Assembly (NCBI GenBank): GCA_016748015.1
Contig: JAAOMT010000161.1
Span: forward strand, 30,077-94,076
DNA from: Geosiphon pyriformis uo1
Taxonomy: Eukaryota > Fungi > Glomeromycota
Direction of reading: 5' to 3'
DNA length: 64,000 nt
Part shown: piece by piece, positions 29,865 through 42,648 of the stretch
Numbering within the stretch: position 1 is the stretch's first letter
Layout: the number at the start of each line of letters is the position of its first letter
Position numbers and translations under genes: made by a program
The notes under the pieces: generated by a model
What the model saw: only the letters and a program-made list of their open reading frames with translations
What the model was told of the DNA's origin: nothing
Databases searched by the model: none

Positions 29865-32830
29865 GAGTATGGTCTAACTACTATCTAAGAATCAAAAACA
29901 AACTAAGTATTCTAGTGCTAAATATAGTTCACACATTTTCTACATATAATTAGCTATTCAACCAGTTTAAACTATATTATATTAATACCTCAAAAGAAAA
30001 CTTACTCAAAAATAATATCTTCAAACAATATAATACTATTATTAATTAATTTAATTAATTATTTGGCTGTTTTTAAAGCATTAAACTTAACACTAATAGA
30101 TTCATGTTTTTATAGTAATATTAAATTAGAAAACATATTATAATTAATAGCAAATAGATTTATATAAGAACCAAACATATCAATATTTTTATAATTATAC
30201 TTAGTTTTTAATACAACTATTTTCCATTCCAACTTATGAACTGCTTTGCTAAAAGTATTTATATATATCAAAATCTTATTAATTTTAAGGCTAATTGTAC
30301 TATTTGAAACCAGATTATTATTAATAAATTGTTTAAACACAACAACCAAAAATCCAACTGGCTTAACAATAGATTTGACCAGAGCAAAAAGCTTGACCAA
30401 ATCAAACTCCAAAGAAGCCAACCAAGAGAAAACTACAGAAATATTAATCAATATATTAGTAAAAAAAACAAAGCCAACTAAAAGGCTAAAAACTAAAAAA
30501 GACACAAGAGCAATAGCCTTAACATAAGACTTAATACTAACAAAATAATATACAAAAGCTCTAAAATTTTTGAAAAAAGAAGATAAAAACATCTTATAAT
30601 AAACAGCCAAATAGTATAAGCCTTAATACTTAAAACAATATTAGTATTCAGAAGTTTTTTATCAAATGCAATATTTTTTTAAGATACTAGTTTTAAGAAT
30701 AATAGTATTTAAATTATTTTATGAGCCAAACATAATTAGAAAAAACCAGGAATAATAACCAGAATTAAGTGAATAAAGAATAAAACATATTTGATTACTA
30801 ATTTAAGAAATTATATTACTGATTTTATAAACAGTATAGCCAAAAAAAAAATTGATCAACTTGGTCTTAAACTTATTATAAAACAAAATAGTTTTATTTT
30901 GATTTACAAAAAAAAATCCTAATACTATTTTTGTCCAATAAAACTGACCAATAATTTAAAACAAATGCTACAGTATTTAAAGTTTTAAAATAAACTACTA
31001 CATATTATCAAATGCCAGCTGGCTTTAGCACAACACAAAAAATCTTACCAAACACACCAAGAGCTGTCTTAATATTAACAGCAAATATATTTAAAAACAT
31101 ATTATACAATATAATAATATCAAAAAAAAAATTAGACTTAGAAACCACCAAAAACTTGGCAATTTTAAAAGTAATTAAACAAACAGAGTTTGTAAGCTCA
31201 ACCAGAAACACAAATTTTAAAAATTTTTGTGAAGCAAATTTTATACAAAAAAATTTCATATTGTTTTTTAATATTGATTTTGTAGCCAAAAAACCATATA
31301 TTAGGATTCTAATTAAATTAAACTGAATTAAACTTTGGGTGTTGTTCAAGCTTAATTCGAATTATAAACTAAACTTGAACTGAAACAATTTTTCAAAGTA
31401 GATTTGGTTTAAATTTGGCATTAAATCTTTTGACAGGTCTGAATTTAATTTAAGTCTGGTTTAAAATTCATGAACTTGTTTAAGTTTAATGAAATTAAAA
31501 AAAAATATAACTTGTACTATTTATTCATCAATTATTACTTTGTTTAATTATTATGATCAATTAAAAAGATATATAAAACTATGCATATATAACAACTTTA
31601 CTCTCCAACTTACCAAAATAAATTTATTGTTAGCATTATTCAATTTTATCAAAGATTCAAAATCTGAAATAACAGAATTTGATAATCTAAATAGTTTAAA
31701 TACTAATATATTTGATAAATATAGTTTTTAGAGTAAAGTATGAGCTATTTTAATAAGTTTGAGTAAACAAAAAAAAAAAAACAGCTAAATATACAGTCTT
31801 AAAATGTGTACATAAACTATTTTTTGGTAAAATTATAAACACTACCAAATTTTTATGGTACTATTTAAAGACTTCCCACTAGACAATATATGTTACAATA
31901 AAAAAATATCATAAGAAAAGACAAAATATCCAGAAAGATTACAAGTTAATTAAAAAAATGTTTTAACAGATGAAATTGTTATTTTTTTTTGTAATTTTTG
32001 GCCAATCTAACTAAAAAACTGTTTTAGTCTTCTATAGTAACTGTTATTGACATTAATAATAAAAAACTTTGTAATATAATTACTATTTGGCTTATTAACT
32101 GCTGAAATTAATCGAAATATTTCAATATTTGAATCTTATTTTTCAACTTGTTTGTGCTAATACAATTAAAAATAAAATTATAAAACTCTATGTCTTAGAT
32201 AAACAAAAATTAAGAGTAAATACTACCTTTATTATAAAATATCCCTTTTTTTCATCCATATTTATAATATAATAGGCATACTTAGATACTATTAAGTCTA
32301 AAATTTTCTTTATATCAGATTTCTGAATATTTCTCAATAATAAAGGCTTTGTTTCTATTACTATTCATTATATTAATAACAATTAAGACTTTCAACAAAC
32401 AATAATTAATTTTGGATTAATGAATAAATAACATAATAAAATAAACATTGTAAATGGATTTTTTAAAGTATTAAAAAATTATAGAATTATATTAAAAGTA
32501 CATACATATATTCTTGTATGAATTTGGATTAATCAATAGTTAATAATAAAATTAGCATACTACACAACATATTAATATTATCTAAAACTCAAAGTTATCA
32601 TAGTGTTTATATTATTTAAAATTGTGTTTTCTCAATGTTGGTTTAAGTTGGTTTTCATTATTAACTTAAAGCTAAATTTTTGGCATTAGCATTATTTGTG
32701 GCTTAAAGTTATTACAGTATTTATATTATTGAAAACCATATTTTCTTAATATTAATTTAAGTGGTTTTTATTATTGCCTTAAGCTGAATTTTCAGCCAAA
32801 AAGATTGAAAAAAAAGTTTAAGAAAGAAGT

Positions 32831-33772
32831 TGTTACCAGAGGTTTTTGGTCTCTTTTCTTGAATGTTGTAAATGTCTGTTGGTTGCAAATTCACGTTTTC
32901 TAGAAGTAGTTGAACCTCCAATAACTGAATTTATCTTCAAATTATCTTCTATAATTTGAACTTGCTGGGCTTATAAGTGGAATGGCCAATTCCGTGCCAG
33001 TTGCTTTGTGTAGTTACGTTGTAGTAAATGTCAACTCTTTCCCAGGAATTGCTCATCTGGAAGCTCACTAAAAATATGTAGTTACTTTGCTGTGAAAGTC
33101 AACTCTTCTACAGGAATCTCGTCTGTAGGCTACCCTAATNNNNNNNNNNNNNNNNNNNNCACTAACAGTTTACTGAAATTGGTAGCTAATCAATTTCAAA
33201 ACGTTAGTTGGGTTTTGGGGATTTTCCAAGTGCAATAATTAAAGAATTTGGTTTTTCAAATTATTTGATATTTATTTCTTTTTGTGTGTGTAGGAATGGT
33301 TCTAAGTGATAAATCTAAAGTAAGATACATTTTCTTGAAGAAAAAAGCTCTTTTTTTATACAACTTGTTGTAATACTAGTCTATGAACTTGCACTTTTTC
33401 TCTTTGCTCAAATTTCGGCAAACTAAAGATACATTTTGATGGACTACAAGTTATTTCGCTGAACTATTGATTAATTTGAGTAAACTATTCATAATTTCGG
33501 CAAATTTCTATAAATTTCGGCGAATTTCTTATAAATTTCGGCGAATTTTTGTAAATTTCGGCGAATTTTTGAATGTTACAAAGTTCAGGGTATTGTGTAA
33601 TTTGATCATTCTACTTTTTGTTATACTAATTGGATTATTTAATTGAATCGTGATATGTGATAATTGATTAAATAATAAATGATAATTTGAAATGATATTA
33701 ATATACTAATTAATTATAGGAATTATAAGGGTAATTTCATGCTAATTAATAGCTAAAATTCTACTAGTAACA
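32831..33772 (-). repeat. 3' LTR of gypsy copy 2 (small N gap 33140-33159)
   Basis: Matches 41678-42648. Confidence 0.95.
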
Positions 33773-34460
33773 TAATCTCCTCCTCAAGACTGAGCTCCAT
33801 CGAAGTCCAAGCACTATCTGTGATATTGAGATAGTGATCCAAAATAATTGAAGTAATCTGATCTGAAAATTGTTGAAATTTCAGTTCTGTGAGTTTGCCA
33901 ATGTATTGGACTTTTATTGGTTGCAGTATTGGATTTTGTAGAACATTTTCACAAGTATTAAACAAATTATAGAGTCTAAATACTGCTCTAAGTTTGTAGC
34001 GAGTGTTTGTTGGTCCAGCTGCTGTTTTGAATTCATTATGAATTTGTTTTTGTATAGCTTTAGGAGTGAGATTTGTTGTTTCAAGTTCCAGTTTTCGTTC
34101 ATAAAGTGTCTTTCCAATGTGAAAGTATTTATAAATAGGGGTGTGTTTATTGTTCTGTTCATTGAGAAGTAGTAGAAGTTTTTGTTGCATTGTAGCATTT
34201 GGTGGAATGTCAATAGGGGCAATTAAAAGATTTTCTTCCAATGCTTGTTTCAAAAGTCTTGGTAACCTATTTTCAGAGTAACTTCTTGTATTTCTTCTAT
34301 AGGGGTAATAGTTTTGTAAATAATTTATTACTGTAACTGTGATTTCTTTCTGAATGTAATTAATTTGACTTCTATTAATTGTTATGGATAAGTCAGAAAG
34401 TGTTTTCAAGGCTAACATTAACTTTTGGGATATTTGTTGAATATTTCGAGGAATAATCAT
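33753..34460 (-). CDS. Accessory ORF3 of gypsy copy 2, 235 aa, unknown function
   Basis: ATG-to-stop intact ORF downstream of integrase; homologous to 15731-16408. Confidence 0.82.
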   Translation of the reverse strand: MIIPRNIQQISQKLMLALKTLSDLSITINRSQINYIQKEITVTVINYLQNYYPYRRNTRSYSENRLPRLLKQALEENLLIAPIDIPPNATMQQKLLLLLNEQNNKHTPIYKYFHIGKTLYERKLELETTNLTPKAIQKQIHNEFKTAAGPTNTRYKLRAVFRLYNLFNTCENVLQNPILQPIKVQYIGKLTELKFQQFSDQITSIILDHYLNITDSAWTSMELSLEEEIMLLVEF

Positions 34461-34689
34461 GATAAAATTAACTAATTATGAAAAAGGAGAATAAAGAAAA
34501 TTATTTTTGGATATGGAGTTTTTATTTGTTTTTGGGTTTGGGTGTTTTTTGTAATTATTTACTATTTTTTTTGTCTTTGTTTTTATTAAAGAATTATTGT
34601 AAAATTTAAGTGTTCAAATTTGGTTATTGTTCTATTATAATTATTGGTTTTAAATTTCAGGGAATATCTTCAAGATTAATTAAAGAGGA

Positions 34690-37600
34690 ATGTGTACCAA
34701 TTTGTGAAATTAATGGTTTAGGATTGTTTCTGAAATGATAGTGTTTCAATCTGTCTCTATGTGCAACTTTTGCTAGTATTTTGTCATTAAGTCTTAACTT
34801 GTATGATCTATTGCCTAGAATTTTGTGAATATAAAATAGTCCATCTCATTTATGTTCAAATTTTCTACTCCATTGTTTTTCAGCCTTAGTTCTGTGTAAG
34901 AGAACTTTATTTCTAACTTTAAATTTGTTGGTTATGAGTGGTAATTTGTTGTCATGTCTTTCTTTTTGTTGAGCTTGGGACTGTTTAATATAAGTTGCTG
35001 CTATTCTTCTTTTTCCTTCCAGTGTACTAAGAAGAATGTAGGTCCTTCTTTGGAATGTTTCTTGAAAGTTCTCTTCATTAATTGGTTGCACAGGGTATGT
35101 TTCTACTGGAAAATTAATTGGTAATGTTGTTGTCCTTCCATAAGTAAGGTCAAATAGTGTGTGTTTTGTAGTATTCTGTTTTAGTGTTCTGTATACTAGT
35201 AACACTGATGGAATAAAAATATCTCATTTCTGCTCAAAATTTGTTGAGACTTTGGTCAATGATTCACACAATGTTCTGTTGAAATGTTCTACAAGTCCAT
35301 TTGTTTGAGGGTGATAAGGTGATAATAGAAGTCTTTTGATATTGAATCATTCACAAATTTCTTGTATCAAGTTGTTCACAAAATGTGTTCCTTGATCAAA
35401 TAAGAGTTTAATTGGACATCCATGTCTACAAATAATGTCTTCATAGATAAAATTTGCTACTGATTTTGCATCTGCTTTTTGGATGACTCTAGCTTCAGAC
35501 CATTTGGTAAGATAATCCACTGCAACTGCAATATAACAATTTCCTTGGATTGTGATAGGTAATGGTCTGACTAAATCAATTCCAACTCTGTCAAAAGGTT
35601 GTTCAACTTTGATTGGATTTAAAGGTTCTGTGGGACAAGTTTCTTCTCTTCTTTGACAACTATCACAAGATTCTACACATATTTTCGAATGTCTTTTTGC
35701 ATGTGTGACCAAAAATAATGTTCAAGAGTTCTTTGAATTGTTCTATTTCTTTCCAAGTGTACTGAAGAAAGATCTGTGTGCATGTTGTATAGAATTGTTT
35801 CTTTTTCATTTTTTTGTACTAATCTGAGTGATTGGTTTGGGTTTTTACAATTTTTGTAATAGATTTTGTTATGGTGTATAAAATATTGTTTGGATTGGTA
35901 TTGTAATCGATGTTTTTCACTTGGAGACCAATTTTTTGGCATGGTGAGAGTCTCCAAATAGTTTTTGATGTTGTTGTAGTTTTCTGGATCTATTGTTGTT
36001 GATTTTGTTGTTTGTTCTGCTGTTAAGTTTGTTGGTGTTTTGTTGGTGTTGATATTGGTATTAATATTGTCTCATTCTTGAGAGGCTATCAACATTGGTG
36101 TGTAGTTTTCCTGGTTTGTGATGTACAATATATCTGTAGTCTGCTAGGAAGTCATTTTATTGAGACTGTTTGGCATTTTGTTTAGTTTTCTTTTTATTAA
36201 GCCATTTGAGGCCAATATTGTCAGTTATTATGTCAAATTCTTTTTCATTCTTCAGATATTATTGAAAGTGTTTAAGAGCCCAGATGACTGTAGCAGCTTT
36301 TAATTCAGTTGAGCCATATTTGAGTTCTATTGGCTTGAGTGTTCTGCTGGCATAGGCAATAACTTGTTCTTGGCCATTTTCATCCAATTGTGATAAGATG
36401 GCACCAAATGCTATGTGTAAAGCATCAGTGGCTAATTGGAATTGTTTGCTGAAGTCTGGGTAAGCAAAAACTAGAGCTGTTGTCAATTTTGTTTTGAGAG
36501 TTTTAAAAGCTTTTTGTTGTTCTTCAGTCCATTTGTATGATACGTTTTTGTTGGTAAGATAATTAAGTGGTTTGGCAATTTCTGAGAATCCTTTTATAAA
36601 TTTTCAATAGTAAGAGGCTAATTCTACAAATTCTCATAGTTCTGTGGTATTTCTGGGAGTTTAAAAGTTTTTGACAGCACTGATTGTTCCAGGATTTGGT
36701 TTGACTCTATCTTTGCTAACAATGTGTCCAAGAAAGATTAAGCTTGTTTTCTCAAAGTGACATTTTTTAATGTTTAACTTCAATTCTGCTTTCCATAATT
36801 GTTGAAAAACTTCTCTCAGGTGGATAAGATGAGTTTCAAAGCTTGGTGAATATACATTAGTGTTATTAAGATAGACAATTACTGATTGCCATAAGAGTCT
36901 TTTATATACAACATCCATGAGTCATTGGAATGTTGCTGGTGCATTGCAGAGTCCAAAAGGCATAACATTGAACTCATAGTTTTCTTCCTGAGTGGTAAAT
37001 GCTGTTTTGGGTCTATTTCGACTTGCCAATATCTACTTTCCAAGTCTAAAGTTGAGAAGAACTTGGCTTTTTCTAGAGCATCTAGCATGTCATCAATTCT
37101 GGGAAGAGGGTAGGCATCTCCAATTAACACAAAATCTGATTTTTCCATTTTTCTTTTTAACTAAAACTACTGGTGAGACCCAAGGACTTCTTGATGGTTG
37201 AATCAATCCGTTATTGAGCATTCTTTGGACCTCTTTTTTGATGAATTGGTGACTGGCAGATGGCACTCGATAAGCTTTTTGACATTTTGGTGGAGCATCT
37301 CCTGTATGAATCTGATATTAAACAATATCTGTTTTTCCCAAGTTATTGTTGTCTTTTGCAAATATATCTGCAAATTCAGCTATCAATTGTTTTAATTGTC
37401 TTTGTTGTTGAGGTTCTAAGAAACCCATGTTAATTTGAGCAAGTTTTTCTTCCAAGAGATGGTAGTTTTCAGTGGTGAAAATGATATTTGGATTTGGGAG
37501 TAGAATGTGCTTTACAATTTCAATGAAATTAGAGACAATTTGAGAGTTTTTATCTTGAAAGATATTGCTGTGTATGATTCTAATTTCTACTTTGTTTAAT

Positions 37601-40600
37601 AAGACAATAGGACAATTATTAGGGTTGTAGAATGTAACTCGAAATTTTTTCATTCTTTTGGGAATATAAACGTTTGGAATTGAGATTTCATGCTTCAAAC
37701 AGATTTGTTTATTGGATTCAAAGATTTGTTGGGTAGTAGTAGGTTTTAAGCAAGTGTAAATTTTGTGATGTTCTCCAAAAGATGAAATGGTAATTGGTTG
37801 GAGAAGTTGAAGAATCTGGTAAGATTCATTCTGTGTATTGAGAGCTATGTTTATTGGAACTGTAAATCGTCCAGTTGAACCAAAACCTTGTATTTTCCTT
37901 TCACTTTTTCCCAATTGTTCTCTGTTGTTAACTGATTGTAGACCCGAAATATTAATTAAGAGTAGGTAAATTGCTTGAGCAATTTTTTCAGCATGTTCAA
38001 TCTTGAATGATTTGTCTGTTTCATTCTACAACATGATGGTAATATCTCCAGTATATCCTGCATCTATAACTCCTCCTCTAATATTGATTCCTTTGCTTGC
38101 CAATAATGATCTGGAAGCAATTTGAACCATTGCTCCTGGTGGTATTTCAAGAGCAATTTTGAGATTGATTTTTATCAAGAACTTTGGTTGGAGAACCAAA
38201 GTATCTTTTCCTGGATATCTTAAATCATATTCAGCATCAATTTTGTGTGCTTTTTCTGGTCTGATTCCTTAGCCATAGTTGTCAAAATATTTAAGTTGTA
38301 GAGGTGGTTGCTTTTCAAGAAGATAGATGGGAGTGGTTGGTAGTTCAGATACTCCAAATTCGATTTCATTTTCATTATTCTCATCTGGCAGAGGAATGTT
38401 AAGAGCATAACATTCTAAACACTATTGGTCATCACAAGGCATAACACATTTTTCACACAACTGAATGTTCATTTGCTTTAATCATTGAATTTGAGCTTCT
38501 TTGGTCAGATATGTGTGGCTTGCAATTTGGTGATAGGTTTCTACTTCATCTTCATAATCAAATTCAGCTAATTCTATAGTATACTCAATGTATTCAGCTT
38601 CTTTCATTTGGTAGACATCTTCTTGGGTGGCTCTATTGATCAATGCTATTGCTAGGTCAAAAATCATTTTAGCATTATGAGGGTAGTGGTAAAGTTTATT
38701 GAGAGCACTGTTGTATGCTGCATCAAATGGTATTCCTCTTCTGACTTTTTTCAAAATTGATAGAGCATATTGACAGGTCTGATCACATACTCTTCCTCTC
38801 ATTGCTACATCAATCCAATTGCATTTTTCTGGTAGTCTTTCTCCACAAATAAGGCAAGAAGTTTTGTTCCATTTTCCACTTCTCTTTGGGAATCCAAATC
38901 ATTCTCTATGGCATGCCTTGTAGAAATAGCAAGTGCGAGTTTCATATTCTTCTTTTGGAAAAATACAGGCTTCTATAGATAAAAGCTTTTTTTTGCAATC
39001 TTTGCATTTTAGTGGAATGTATAGTGGTTCTTTTCGTGGTTCTGGTGTGGAATATCTAACTTTCTTCTATTCTCTTGATTCTTTGAAAATCTTTTGTTCT
39101 GTTTCCTCAGCCCAATTGGATGGTGATCCAAGAGCCATGTAGGTTTCAGTGAGTGGCATTTTCTTCTCTTCTTCAAATTCAAATACTAGAGCTTTTTCTG
39201 ATTGTTTGTTAAAGATACCACAGATTGCAGGTACTATGGTATATTGTTCTTGGTATGAGATTTTTAATTCCTGAATTTCTCAGTTCAAGTTTGCATTGGC
39301 CTTAAGAAGCCAATCATTTCTGACCAGAGCTTGGTATTGGGGTGCATCCATGACTAGAACTTTGACTGGAATGGTGATTCCATCAATGGTAAATGAAAAA
39401 TTGTCAATTTCTCCTACTGGTGTCTTTTTCATATCATCTGCTGTAACAATTACAGTTTGGGCTGGTCTGTCAACAGTTCTTTAAAGCTGTTGTATTAACT
39501 GGTAAATGATAATACTTCTAGCTGATCCACTGTCTAGAATTAGTCGGATGGGTTTTTCTTCTACTGTAGCTTTAGTGTACATGACAGTGATAGCTTTTTG
39601 TTCATTAGCTGCTGCATTACTAAGCAAGAATGGTGATTCATTTGCTTTAAATTTGAATGAGAATATATTTGAAAGGTTGGCATTTAGGCAATTTGAGCTG
39701 GTGAAATAGTGTTGTTGGAAGAGTTTGATCTGAGTGCTGCAACTTCACTTTCAAAAAGTGCAGGTTGTTGAAAATCCAATTCCTCTGGTATTGTAAGATA
39801 ACTGAGTTGAGTGTAATAGTGATTGGGTTTTTGCTGACCAGAATTTTGGGGAACCAACTGGTTATTTGAATTGATTCTGTTGTTGTTACTTTGCAATTGA
39901 TTTTGGGGTGTGAATTGGTTATGTTGAACCAATTTTCTTGCTGGTACTTGATATTGTTGAGTGGATGGTGTCTGATATGGCTGAATTGGTAAAGGTTGCT
40001 GATATTGTTGCTGCATTGGTTGTGAAGCTGATGGATAGTAACTGTTTTGATTTTGTGGTTTTGGTAAATAATAGGTTGGTGATGGAGATTAGTAATAAGA
40101 TTGTTGTGGTAAAGAGTAATGTTGATTACTCCTGTTTTGTTGGTCTCTTTGTAATTTCTTACAATCTCGTTTCCAGTGTTCTGGAATTCCACAATAATGA
40201 CAATTTTGAGGTTGGTTGTTGGATGGTGATCCAAAATTGTTTTGGTTGTGTCATTGTGGGGGTTGATATCTTTGTGGTTGTTGTTGCTATTGTTGTTGGT
40301 TTGTGAAGTAGCTTTTAACCTTTTTTGTGAATTGGTCTATCTTCTCTTCAGCTGCTAAGCTGGTTTCTTCAATTACAAGGTTTACAAGCTTGGTGTGATT
40401 TGCTTCTTCTATTGCCATTTCATAGCTCTTTACATGTCTAATAGCAGTTGCTAAGTCTGCTGGAGCATGTGAATGGACTTTCTTAATCAGTTTGTCTTTT
40501 AACCCTGCTATAAACTGATTCAGAATTTGAGCATTGGAATAGTAGTCATTGGTTTCCAATTGTCGAATTTGTCTGAGAAGTTTGTTGAATCTTCCAAGAT

Positions 40601-41632
40601 AGGTCATAACAGTTTTAGATGTTTCTTGCTTGATATTGTGAAAGCATTTCTGAGAGTGATAGAAGTGTTGTTATCAGTGAATTGTTGTAGAAAAGCATTT
40701 TTGAATGCTTGTCAGTTTTTAAATGGTTTTTCTAAGTTTTCAAACCATTCTCCTGTAGTTCCTTAGAGAAAGTATGGAATTGCTTTGAGCATTCTTGCTG
40801 CATTCCAACCATTTGCATCTCCTGCTTTTTGAACTTTGTCAAGCCATTCTTGAGGACTGGTATCATTATCTTTACCTGTGAATTCTGGAATCTTTGTAAT
40901 ATAAGCAGTTGCCATTTCTTCTTTGTTTTCTGTGGCTTCTTCTGGTTTTGGTTCAGTTTCTTTACTTTCCAAGCTTTCTGAATGATTACTTTCGTTTTTC
41001 TGTAAGTAATCAATAATATTGGCACTTGTTGATATTGGTTCCTGTTGTTGAGTAGGATTTCTAAGTGACTGAAAATCTTCTGGTCTGGAGAAACAGTTAA
41101 GTGGTGAACTTGGTATTTGTGATTGAACAAGTAAAATTGGAAATAGTGTAATAGAAAGTGGTAATTTGATACTGGTTCTTTGTTCAGGTGTTTGCAAGTA
41201 TTTGGCAGTTGTCTTTGGTAGTATTGAAGTGTTTGGAGTGGTTTTTAAGTATTGTTTCACTTTTTGTTTGTCTTTGTTGCTTGTCTTTGTTTCTAATTTA
41301 AAGTTAAAAGAATATTTGGGCTGTACTGGGTATTTTTCTTTACAGTACTCAATAATATTAAAATTAAGTTCTTGGAAGTAGGTAGCAAGTGTTTTACTGT
41401 TCAGGTCTTCTGTTCCCAATTGTGAATAGTGCACTAAATTATTGTAGAGATTGCTTCTAACTTCTAAAATGTTGTAATTTCCAAAAAGATAATTGTTGAT
41501 GCGATTTTCAATATATTGGTATACTGATTTCTTGACAACTTCAATTCCGTCTGGGATGTTGAATTTTTGCTTGCAGTGGGTGTAAATTGACTGATGATAC
41601 TCTAGAGTTGTTATGTCTGGTGTGGTCACCAC
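34690..41632 (-). pseudogene. gag-pol polyprotein of gypsy copy 2, many premature stops
   Basis: ORF fragments 40763-41632, 40287-40607, 38482-38802, 37318-37914, 36661-37148, 36259-36486, 35347-35957 and 34846-35205. Confidence 0.93.
37868..38300 (-). pseudogene. dut: dUTPase domain within pol
   Basis: All five trimeric-dUTPase motifs: DAEYDL (AGYDL in copy 1), ASRSLL, GGVIDAGYTGDI, EKIAQ, ERKIQGFGSTG. Confidence 0.93.
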
Positions 41633-41677
41633 TTTGAATTTGTTGTTGCTGTGTTATTTTTGTGGGAGAGCACCAAA

Positions 41678-42648
41678 TGTTACCGGAAGTTTTTGGTCTC
41701 TTTTCTTGAATGTTGTAAATGTCTGTTGGTTGCAAATTCACGTTTTCTAGAAGTAGTTGAACCTCCAATAACTGAATTTATCTTCAAATTATCTTCTATA
41801 ATTTGAATTTGCTGGGCTTATAAGTAGAATGGCCAATTCTGTGCCAGTTGCTTTGTGTAGTTATGTTGTAGTAAATGTCAACTCTTTCCCAGGAATTGCT
41901 CGTCTGGAAGCTCACTAAAAATGTGTAGTTACTTTGCTGTGAAAGTCAACTCTTCTACAGGAATCTCGTCTGTAGGCTACCCTAATAATTATAATAAGAA
42001 AATATAAAAAATATAAAAAAAATGTAAAAGAAATAGAATTTTATCAAGGAAAACGTTTTCTATCCAGGCCTGGAGTCACTAACAGTTTACTGAAATTGGT
42101 AGCTAATCAATTTCAAAACGTTAGTTGGGTTTTGGGGATTTTCCAAGTGCAATAATTAAAGAATTTGGTTTTTCAAATTATTTGATATTTATTTCTTTTT
42201 GTGTGTGTAGGAATGGTTCTAAGTGATAAATCTAAAGTAAGATACATTTTTTTGAAGAAAAAAGCTCTTCTTTTATACAACTTGTTGTAGTACTAGTCTA
42301 TGAACTTGCACTTTTTCTCTTTGCTCAAATTTCGGCAAACTAAAGATACATTTTGATGGACTACAAGTTATTTCGCTGAACTATTGATTAATTTGAGTAA
42401 ACTATTCATAATTTCGGCGAATTTCTTTAAATTTCGGCGAATTTTTGAATGTTACAAAGTTCAGGATATTGTGTAATTTGATCATTCTACTTTTTGTTAT
42501 ACTAATTGGATTATTTAATTGAATCGTGATATGTGATAATTGATTAAATAATAAATAATAATTTGAAATTATATTAATATACTAATTAATTATAAGAATT
42601 ATAAGAGTAATTTTATGCTAATTAATAGCTAAAATTCTACTGGTAACA
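41678..42648 (-). repeat. 5' LTR of gypsy copy 2
   Basis: TGTTACC...GGTAACA termini; PBS adjacent. Confidence 0.95.

Larger units (their letters stand above)
32831..42648 (-). mobile_element. Full-length Ty3/gypsy LTR retrotransposon copy 2 (gag-PR-Cys-rich-dUTPase-RT-RH-IN + ORF3), decayed
   Basis: LTRs at 41678-42648 and 32831-33772; TSD AAGT on both sides; PBS and PPT GAGGAGGAGA. RT: [19 protein letters not shown] (from YLDD). RH: LATDA, IAYASR. IN: CDSCQR, GIDLV, VDYLTKW, DQGTHF, HPQTNGLVE. No chromodomain seen. Confidence 0.97.

Noticed and set aside
33753-34460. ORF3 as an envelope gene
   Set aside because: No signal peptide, transmembrane helix or fusion-peptide pattern visible.
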